Below are positions 28,501 through 36,844 of a stretch of 64,000 nt of DNA, one piece after another (position 1 is the first letter of the stretch; each line of letters starts with the position of its first letter). This DNA comes from Eledone cirrhosa (taxonomy: Eukaryota). The notes under the pieces were generated by a model. That model saw only the letters and a list, made by a program, of their open reading frames with translations. It did no database searches and was not told the DNA's origin. The DNA is taken from positions 342,550,001-342,614,000 of the forward strand of contig OZ024740.1 of NCBI GenBank assembly GCA_964016885.1, given 5' to 3'. The translations under genes and the position numbers were made by a program.

Positions 28501-31496
28501 TACAGGCTGACTGAGATACTATTTACTAGTACAGGCTGACTGAGATACTATTTACTAGTACAGGCTGACTGAGGTACTATTTACTAGTACAGGCTGACTG
28601 AGGTACTATTTACTAGTACAGGCTGACTGAGGTACTATTTACTAGTACAGGCTGACTGAGGTACTATTTACTAGTACAGGCTGACTGAGATACTATTTAC
28701 TAGTACAGGCTGACTGAGGTACTATTTACTAGTACAGGCTGACTGAGGTACTATTTACTAGTACAGGTTGACTGAGGTACTATTTACTAGTACAGGCTGA
28801 CTGAGATACTAATTACTAGTACAGGCTGACTGAGATACTATTTACTAGTACAGGCTGACTGAGATACTATTTACTAGTACAGGCTGACTGAGGTACTATT
28901 TACTAGTACAGGCTGACTGAGGTACTATTTACTAGTACAGGCTAACTGAGGTACTATTTACTAGTACAGGCTGACTGAGATACTATTTACTAGTACAGGC
29001 TGACTGAGGTACTATTTACTAGTACAGGCTGACTGAGATACTATTTACTAGTACAGGCTGACTGAGATACTATTTACTAGTACAGGCTGACTGAGATACT
29101 ATTTACTAGTACAGGCTAACTGAGGTACTATTTACTAGTACAGGCTGACTGAGATACTATTTACTAGTACAGGCTGACTGAGATACTATTTACTAGTACA
29201 GGCTGACTGAGATACTATTTACTAGTACAGGCTAACTGAGGTACTATTTACTAGTACAGGCTGACTGAGGTACTATTTACTAGTACAGGCTGACTGAGAT
29301 ACTATTTACTAGTACAGGCTGGCTGAGGTACTATTTACTAGTACAGGCTGACTGAGATACTATTTACTAGTACAGGCTGACTGAGGTACTATTTACTAGT
29401 ACAGGCTGACTGAGGTACTATTTACTAGTACAGGCTAACTGAGGTACTATTTACTAGTACAGGCTAACTGAGGTACTATTTACTAGTACAGGCTAACTGA
29501 GATACTATTTACTAGTACAGGCTAACTGAGGTACTATTTACTAGTACAGGCTGACTGAGATACTATTTACTAGTACAGGCTAACTGAGGTACTATTTACT
29601 AGTACAGGCTGACTGAGGTACTATTTACTAGTACAGGCTGACTGAGATACTATTTACTAGTACAGGCTGACTGAGATACTATTTACTAGTACAGGCTAAC
29701 TGAGATACTATTTACTAGTACAGGCTGACTGAGATACTATTTACTAGTACAGGCTGACTGAGGTACTATTTACTAGTACAGGCTAACTGAGGTACTATTT
29801 ACTAGTACAGGCTGACTGAGATACTATTTACTAGTACAGGCTGACTGAGATACTATTTACTAGTACAGGCTGACTGAGGTACTATTTACTAGTACAGGCT
29901 GACTGAGGTACTATTTACTAGTACAGGCTGACTGAGGTACTATTTTTAGTACAGGCTGACTGAGGTACTATTTACTAGTACAAGCTAACTGAGGTACTAT
30001 TTACTAGTACAGGCTAACTGAGGTACTATTTACTAGTACAGGCTGACTAAGGTACTATTTACTAGTACAGGCTGACTGAGATACTATTTACTAGTACAGG
30101 CTGACTGAGGTACTATTTACTAGTACAGGCTGACTGAGATACTATTTACTAGTACAGGCTGACTGAGGTACTATTTACTAGTACAGGCTGACTGAGATAC
30201 TATTTACTAGTACAGGCTGACTGAGGTACTATTTACTAGTACAGGCTGACTAAGGTACTATTTACTAGTACAGGCTGACTGAGGTACTATTTACTAGTAC
30301 AGGCTGACTAAGATACAAGCAGTGGATTGGCAATATTGTTGGAGTGCTTTGCAGCATAGAGTTCATCCTTTTACGTTCTGAATTCAAATTTGTTTTTCAT
30401 CGATAAAATAAAGTACCAGTAACACACTGGGGTCGATTTAATCGACTTTCCCTTCCCACAAAATTGTTGGCCTTGTGCCTAAATCAGAAACCATCAGCAC
30501 AGGCTGACTAAGGTATTACTTATTAATACAAGTAAAGTGAGATAATATTTGTTAATAAAATTAAACTGAGGTACTATTTACTAGTCCAGACAGACAGGTA
30601 ATATTTGTAAGTATTGACAGATTAAGGAGCTTATTACAAGTAAAGGCTGACTGAAGTAGTATTTATTAATGCAGACAGTGGGGTACTGTTTATTAGTACA
30701 GACATACTGGAGTACAATTTGTTAATATAGGTTAACTAGTGTACTATTTGGTATGTTTACCTAGAACAGATATTTACAAGTTCAAATACTACAAGTTGTT
30801 TTCTATTTTTCTGTTTGATACCAAAACTGCTTTCTAACATTTTTTCTCAAGCATCTCATGTCAATCTTTGTTTTTCTTTTGTCAGACAATCATTATGCAG
30901 AACTTTCAGATGTGGTACCAAATTACATGAAAAATTCCCCCAAAGCAGCCAATTTTGAAAAAGTAGAAGACAAAACAATTGATGATGATCCACCTGATTC
31001 TCTTGCTAAAATCAGTCCTCTTACCAAACGTTGGTCATGGTTTAATGATGAGCCTGAGAAAGATAGTAAAAATACAACACAATTTAAGTTCCAAGACGGT
31101 GTCTCTAATAGAGCTTATGATGCTGGTGATTATATGGTGCCTGTCAGTGAATGGTCTGGAGATGAGAAAGAAGCAGATGAGAAAGAAGTTGATGAGAAAG
31201 AAGTTGATGAAGAGGAAGACGTTGACTATGTGTATGAGAGCCAGCCACAGTATCTTGAACTTGATGATGCAGGCAACAGGACAAAGGTCCCAACTGAAAT
31301 AAAGCCAACACTTCCCAAATTAGATGATGACATGCCACCAGCATCACCACCTGCTCTACCACCGCCACCCCCACATGAACTCAGACCCCTTCAACCATCA
31401 CCTGTAGCCCGGCCAAGATCAAGATCACCAGCCCAATCTGCAATGTTATCACAAAGAAAACTTCCTCCTCTGCCAACACGACGTAAACGTCATTGA
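3215..31496 (+). CDS. Gene 1 (5'-incomplete): multi-EGF / SEA-like / single-pass transmembrane protein. join(3215..3442,3879..4166,8597..8839,10258..10383,11836..11924,12932..12996,13880..14061,18177..18300,19604..19710,30886..31496)
   Basis: All junction phases are compatible (1,1,1,1,0,2,1,2,1) and give one continuous ORF of about 687 aa ending at TGA 31494-31496. Confidence 0.85.
3879..4166 (+). CDS. Gene 1 exon: EGF repeats, ending at a GC donor
   Basis: tttcag|GC acceptor. ...[12 protein letters not shown]...[12 protein letters not shown]...[11 protein letters not shown]|gcaagt is the only donor in phase with the next exon. Confidence 0.85.
4830..5600 (-). mobile_element. hAT (Charlie/Buster-like) transposase C-terminal remnant
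   Basis: Fragments [65 protein letters not shown] and [11 protein letters not shown] resemble the hAT dimerisation region. Stops and frameshifts are present. Confidence 0.7.
5077..5244. mobile_element. Tc1/pogo-type MITE with TA target duplication, nested in the hAT remnant
   Basis: Imperfect TIRs of about 26 bp (ctatatttcccggcgccgaagatgct / agcatctctgaagccggaaaataagg) flanked by TA. Removing it rejoins the hAT reading frame. Confidence 0.7.
6530..7262 (+). mobile_element. Probable Penelope-like element 3' remnant with a hammerhead-like core
   Basis: C-rich tract, then CTGAGGA-a-GGGC ttat GCCC-GAAAC-GTC (7151-7178), then AATAAA, ending at (TA)n. Confidence 0.5.
7364..8553 (-). mobile_element. 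RTE-clade LINE, 5'-truncated and degenerate (older subfamily)
   Basis: GVHQGS-like and ELLYADD RT motifs, [19 protein letters not shown], and a (GAT)n tail. Confidence 0.85.
8597..8839 (+). CDS. Gene 1 exon: EGF repeats
   Basis: ttctag|GT acceptor. [17 protein letters not shown]...[14 protein letters not shown]...[15 protein letters not shown]|gtaaga donor. Confidence 0.9.
10258..10383 (+). CDS. Gene 1 exon: last EGF repeat (tandem CAGCAG acceptor, start at 10255 or 10258)
   Basis: [38 protein letters not shown]|gtaagt donor. Confidence 0.9.
11836..11924 (+). CDS. Gene 1 exon: SEA-like domain, N-terminal part
   Basis: ttgcag|[35 protein letters not shown]|gtaaac. Confidence 0.8.
12483..12658. 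mobile_element. MITE with 13-bp perfect TIRs (hAT-like)
   Basis: CAGACCTGCCAAC ... GTTGGCAGGTCTG. No clear target duplication. Confidence 0.6.
12763..12881. repeat. 44-bp tandem repeat, about 2.7 copies
   Basis: agtgtttagatgtttagaatgaaaagtatggttataatagatat at 12763, 12807 and 12851. Confidence 0.9.
12932..12996 (+). CDS. Gene 1 exon: SEA-like domain, middle part
   Basis: ttttag|[26 protein letters not shown]|gtaagt. It bridges phase 0 to phase 2, as the neighbouring exons require. Confidence 0.8.
13880..14061 (+). CDS. Gene 1 exon: SEA-like domain, C-terminal part
   Basis: ttccag|[18 protein letters not shown]...[28 protein letters not shown]|gtaata. Confidence 0.85.
17134..17299. mobile_element. 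hAT-type MITE
   Basis: 14-bp TIRs CAGTGCTGGATTTA / TAAATCCAGCACTG. 8-bp target duplication AATTTATC / AATTTGTC. Confidence 0.75.
18177..18300 (+). CDS. Gene 1 exon: transmembrane helix
   Basis: ccctag|[26 protein letters not shown] followed by the stop-transfer sequence RKCRRR. CC|gtgagt. Confidence 0.9.
18731..19345. repeat. Imperfect (CAT/CAC)n microsatellite
   Basis: Seen directly. Intronic. Confidence 0.95.
19604..19710 (+). CDS. Gene 1 exon: cytoplasmic, NPxY motif and Pro-rich stretch
   Basis: tttcag|[37 protein letters not shown]|gtaggg. Confidence 0.85.
21036..22489 (-). mobile_element. RTE-clade LINE, 5'-truncated (RT C-terminal half, PHD-like finger, 3' UTR, (GAT)n tail)
   Basis: [28 protein letters not shown]. 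The 3' end reads GGACGTTAAACGATGATGAT on the minus strand. Confidence 0.92.
22551..24713 (+). mobile_element. RTE-clade LINE, 5'-truncated, head-to-head with the previous copy
   Basis: [35 protein letters not shown]. Premature TAG at 22944-22946. (GAT)n tail. Confidence 0.92.
25931..30317. repeat. Tandem array of a 29-bp satellite/minisatellite, about 150 copies, in the last intron of gene 1
   Basis: Unit TGAGRTACTATTTACTAGTACAGGCTRAC repeated head-to-tail without spacers. Confidence 0.97.
30318..30495 (+). mobile_element. Nin-type SINE separating the homogeneous satellite from its diverged copies
   Basis: GCAGTGGATTGGCAATATT...GATAAAATAAAGTACCAG...GGCCTTGTGCCTAAATCAGAAAC. Confidence 0.7.
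30886..31496 (+). CDS. Gene 1 terminal coding exon: acidic, Tyr- and Pro-rich cytoplasmic tail
   Basis: tgtcag|AC. DNHYAEL...SNRAYD..YMVP..(DEKEV)n..[30 protein letters not shown]. Confidence 0.88.
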
Positions 31497-31526
31497 TACT
31501 AATCTGTCTCTGTTTAGTTATATAAT

Positions 31527-31585
<59 letters not shown>

Positions 31586-31600
31586 GTATATATATATATA

Positions 31601-31641
<41 letters not shown>

Positions 31642-31664
31642 ATGTATATATATATATGTGTATG

Positions 31665-31711
<47 letters not shown>

Positions 31712-32042
31712 ATGTATATATATATATACACAAACATGTACATATATACGTATATATGCACATATATATATATATAATTGACAAAACACAATGGAGTTGA
31801 CAAATGACAATTGATTAGAATCCTTACAATTGTTTCTGTGCATAAAATCCCTGTGTATTTTTATATTCAGGAAACCTCCTTAGAGATCTTGTATATTTTA
31901 CCACTTTGGAGATTTCCTGTAGAATATTCCTACAACAAACATAAACAGCTTGTTTTACATCCATGCACTGAGTGGATTCATATTCACTTCATCAAAAGAA
32001 AAATTTCTCACAAATTCATCTATTCATGGCAAATACCTTTGG

Positions 32043-32106
<64 letters not shown>

Positions 32107-32113
32107 CGTACGC

Positions 32114-32154
<41 letters not shown>

Positions 32155-32368
32155 CATTTATGTTTAGTGGTTCACCACTGGATAGAACTGGTCATTCCGT
32201 TTGGTTAACCATGAAGTAATATTATGAAAAGCTCTCTACGTTATGCAACTCATCCCTCATTGATGTTGAATACTGTGGTTGGTGCAGGAACAAAGTTAAA
32301 TATTGAATTGATTAAAATAAGAGGAGGCTGGACTGGTGATATTCCTTTAAAGTTTTATTGTTGCAAAA

Positions 32369-32426
32369 ACACTATATACATTTCAATGGCCTGGTTATGT
32401 AAGATTCTGGCGATGTCATCAGGTGC
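32369..32426 (-). ncRNA. Minimal type I hammerhead ribozyme-like motif (Penelope type), degenerate
   Basis: Minus strand: GCAC-CTGATGA-[catcgcc...ggccatt]-GAAA-T-gtat-A-TA-GTGT, followed by AATAAA. Confidence 0.55.
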
Positions 32427-32709
32427 CGATTGAATAATTAGTAGATCAATAAAGGAAATACAGCATACATAAACAGAGAAAATATAGAAAAAATATTTGA
32501 TTCGGAGATGGCCTGTGGCCTAGGTATAATTGTTTCCGCAGACCATCCCTGAATTTTAATCAAACATATATATATATATATATTTGTAGTAAGGTTGCTT
32601 GGATGCGTCCATAGGCGGTATGCTGGTTGAGCACTCTATGCTGCTTCGGAGCAGAGTATAATAATATGGAAAACGAAGAAGCAGTGATGCATCGGAACAC
32701 AAATTTATT

Positions 32710-32802
32710 ACGTATTACAATTGTTTCTCCGGCGAACAGCTCGAGGTGCGATCTGTTTGTGGATCGAACCTGACTCTGGATTCGCAAGTTCCTCAGATAC
32801 GT
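32710..32802 (-). ncRNA. Minimal type I hammerhead ribozyme-like motif with a long stem II
   Basis: Minus strand: ACGTAT-CTGAGGA-[..gcgaa...ttcgc..]-GAAAC-AATT-GTA-ATACGT. Perfect 6-bp stem I and palindromic loop III. The base of stem II is mispaired. Confidence 0.6.
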
Positions 32803-32829
32803 CTAGTGATTTCGAAGCAAATCCTCTTT

Positions 32830-32898
<69 letters not shown>

Positions 32899-33344
32899 CA
32901 TACATTACATACATTACATACATACATATATACACACATATATATATATATATATATATATCTATATGAATTCATACACACACACATATATATATATACA
33001 CACACATACATATAAGCTGCATACATCAACGAGAAGACAAAGAAAATACAACTACAATGTACCACACATGAATCAACTGCAAAATTATTTACTTACTTGC
33101 TTTAAATTTCTAGAGATTTTTTTCTCCAGAAATATCTTTAAATTAAAAATAATATATGTATCTATTTACCTTAATATGAATAACAATTTAAATATTTTAA
33201 AAATATATATGAAGTGTGATACAAATGTGTTGTGAAACCTGTTGTGTGAAAAAGAAAAGGTGGGATGGAAACTGTATTATAACTATATATTGGCGTGTGT
33301 GCATATATATATGTATATATATATATATATGTATGTATTATTAC

Positions 33345-33414
<70 letters not shown>

Positions 33415-33630
33415 CCCAAGTAAAAAAATGTTGGTTGATCAATTAATCGACAAACAGACGTAAGCATGCCATGATATAGGTACCTTAAGGTATTACCTAT
33501 AAGGTATCATAAAGAAGAGGGACAGTTTTATAATCTTGTTATACACACCTCAAAGACACAATAATCATTTGATGTGTTGTTATGAGACAGGTATTAAGGT
33601 GTAAAAAAATATTAGATATACACCTTAATA

Positions 33631-33701
33631 CCTGTCTGATGACAAAATATCAAATGATTATTATGCAATCGCTTTGATGTCTTCGAAATGTGCATAACAG
33701 G
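33631..33701 (+). ncRNA. Minimal type I hammerhead ribozyme-like motif within an inverted repeat
   Basis: CCTGT-CTGATGA-[caaaatatcaaa...tttgatgtcttc]-GAAA-T-gtgc-A-TA-ACAGG, followed by AATAAA. An upstream inverted copy lies at 33560-33603. Confidence 0.6.
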
Positions 33702-33755
33702 ATTATATAATAAACAGAGGATGCATACATAAAACTATCTCTCTTCTTTATAATA

Positions 33756-33798
<43 letters not shown>

Positions 33799-34282
33799 AT
33801 GTATGTGTATGTGTGTGTTCATTTGTATGCATATATATATACATGCGCACACACTCACATACACATGTATACACACTTACATACATACACAGACAGATAC
33901 ATGCACACACGCACACACATTTTTGACTTTAAGAAAAATTCTTGTAACTTTGTAAATGATGTTATTCTACGATTTATGAATCCAGTAACATATAATGATA
34001 TACCTGTGTAAACATTTGATTTGTTAAATGAGAATATGCATACATATTTTTTATACATCTTGTCTATGTATATATGTACTATATATGCTTGGAAGAATTA
34101 CTTTGGCAAATGTACAATTAGAATGTAATATTTTGTATATTTTTCAGTTAAGTATGAAGGAACTATTGAAATATTTGACATATAGCTACTAGTTGCAGAA
34201 CGTAGATTGTTTAGTTAAGTCTGTTCGCTTGTTTTAGTAAGTACTACTAGTAGCACTAATATATGATAAGCATATGTGTAAG

Positions 34283-34424
34283 CAGGGTTGGACTTAAGCT
34301 AATTAGACCCAAAGGCACCTAATGCTGGAGTTATCTACACTTGGCTCATCAAGTACACACAACAATACATTACAATATATATGTATTAATCAATAGGATT
34401 CCTCAACTCCTAAGTCCAGCCCTG
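34283..34424. mobile_element. Small TIR element (MITE)
   Basis: CAGGGTTGGACTTA ... TAAGTCCAGCCCTG (13/14 match). Confidence 0.55.
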
Positions 34425-36696
34425 CAATAGTAGATATTGTACTCATCATTGCAATCAAGGTAGTGGTATACTTAGTTCAGAATATTTTAAACTCTATATG
34501 TCAAATCTGAAGTGTAAATATTAACTGAAGCTTGAGATAAATCACATTTTAACAAGTAATTAAAGGTTCACTGTTATTAACCTGGACTTGATTAAAATGT
34601 TGAGATACTGACAATATAATGCTATATAAAGATCCTTAATGAATATATATATTTCTACATCTGTTGCATCAAATAGGGAATCAGGCAGGTCTTCGGTCTA
34701 GTTATGTAAAATTAAGACAGTAGCTATTCTTATAGAAAATCATTGAATTTGTGCATGATGTTTAGTTTGGAATATTTTCTCATATCACATATTACATAGG
34801 GCCATGGTAAACTGTTGATATCAGTCCTCCAAAAATAAACATATTTGAAATAAAACTGTTGTTGGTAATTTTTTAATATATGTAAATGTGGTTGGCATTA
34901 AGAAGGGCATGCAACAGTAGAAACCAAGCCAGAAACAGTATGAGTATCACATGGTCACCTGATCTGATTTGTCTCACAATGGGACAACTCTTCTAACCCA
35001 TGCTAGTATGGAAAGTGGACGTTAAACAGTGATGATGATGATTGCAATAGTAATGAAGACATGTTTGATAAAAATGTACTGGATATCAAACTCTATAGAT
35101 TTAACATATTGACTTGCACTTGTCTATGAAATACAAGATATATAAATAAATGGACCCATAACCGTAATGATGTAGTGTTGCTGTGAAATCAGGTATCTGA
35201 GAGCCTTATTGATAACTTGGAAGATGGATCAAACCAATGGGTTTTCGTTGTTATTTAACAATTCACCAAGATTAACTTCCTCCCAAACTGTTGAAGATGG
35301 GAGTTGAAAGCTACTTATTAATATACAAACATGTGTGTACCACACCATTGTAGTGTATTGGCTTATAAAACCAATTGTGACATCAGGCCAGTGTGCTATA
35401 TAGACTATAGCTGGGGTAGGTCATTTTTTGCGACTGGCCTGGTTCTGTTTGACCATTTGAAATTGTGAAACATTTCAGGTAGCCCAAAGGAGCTTGAAAG
35501 AACTGAAGAAATGATATCTTCTTATGTATTTAGGAAATGAGGTAAGCCTGTACATATTTTCAATTACAAGCACTAACTCATTTGTATAATGGTACAATGT
35601 TGGTGGCATGTAAACACAGATTGCGTAGGACTTACCTCGCCCTCAAACCCCATAATGACCCGGGGGGGGGGGGGGGGGGTAGACTAGGGCTATAACACCC
35701 TGTCGATTTTGTAATGGGTAACCCCTGCTTGCAAAGGTAGACGTAAGATCTTCTTTTATATCTTTTTATCGCTTCCTCTATATTTCCTTCCTCCCCCATC
35801 CCTCCCTAGTCCTTCCACCCCAATCCTCTTTGTTTGTCGTCGTCCTTTTCACTTTCTCGCCCACCCAAAGCAGCCCCTCGGTCCTTTGTAGCCTCAGTAC
35901 CCCCACCCCCTTCCACTATTCTATGATAGAATTGGCCGACTCCGCTTTTTATAGCAGATGTGTTAGACGCCGGATACTTGCCTTCTTATCCGATGGCTGC
36001 CTCTTTTCCGTGCTTTCTATATTTCTTAGTGGTATCTTTGCTTTAATTTCTGGGGGGGGGGGGGGGGGGGAATTCTGAATTAATTTTCCGTATCAAATTT
36101 CTCACATACTTCGTACGAGCATTTATGTAGTTTGCACTAGAATTTTTGTATCGTGGCGGCACCCTTAGAGATAGTATTAGTATTCCTTTTCGGGATTCTG
36201 AATTATTATTTCGTATTAGTTTTTTGTTTTTTTTTGCACTGGGTGGTTGCTAGCCTTGTGCCTGGGGTAGAAACCTTTATTTCGTACTGGTCTCGGGACT
36301 CTGAATTATTATTTTGTGGTAGTTTCTTTAGTATTTTGTCCCCCCACTTGTTGACCCGTCACCGTAAGATATACTCGGTTGATTACTTATACCTCTTAAA
36401 AGGGTCTCATTATAATTCCGTCCCACCTAGTAAACCTTTCTTTAGTCTAGCAGTACCAGTGAGAGACTTGATAGCTGTCCTTAGGTTATAGTAACCAGAA
36501 ATTGTTTTTTCTTTTTACATTTAATTGTTTTTTAACATTCTCGCACGACTGGGTTTCCTCCACCCCCTCTCCCTCTTTCTTCTACTGGCAGATTCAGCTG
36601 CCCCTCCCTCCAAAAATTGCCATGATAGAATTATGTGTCTCAACAACAAACTTTTGACCAATCCTTGTGACAATCACTTTTACCATATATGGAATT

Positions 36697-36794
36697 ACCC
36701 CCTGAGAAGCTCGGCTATTCATATATACCAGGATAAACATTTTCATTTAGTCCAGAATTAGCTGTCGAAACGGCTTGAGCTCAGCCGTCGGGGT
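36697..36794 (+). ncRNA. Type I hammerhead-like motif with a full stem III and a variant core
   Basis: ACCCC-CTGAGAA-[..cggcta...tagctg..]-GAAACGGCT-tgagctc-AGCCGTC-GGGGT. The core differs from CUGANGA at G8. Confidence 0.5.
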
Positions 36795-36844
36795 CCTACT
36801 CGTTCCTATATATATATATATGTATATATATATTTATATATCTA

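Noticed and set aside
25931-30317. CRISPR array (29-bp partly palindromic repeat)
   Set aside because: Units are contiguous with no unique spacers, there are no cas genes, and it lies in a eukaryotic intron.
3215-31496. Notch, Delta/Serrate or Crumbs identity for gene 1
   Set aside because: No LNR, ankyrin or laminin-G domain and no short ERLI tail. A SEA-like domain precedes the TM helix. No symbol was assigned.
31381-33463. YIYI/THTH-rich ORFs
   Set aside because: They are translations of (TA)n and (CA)n repeats.
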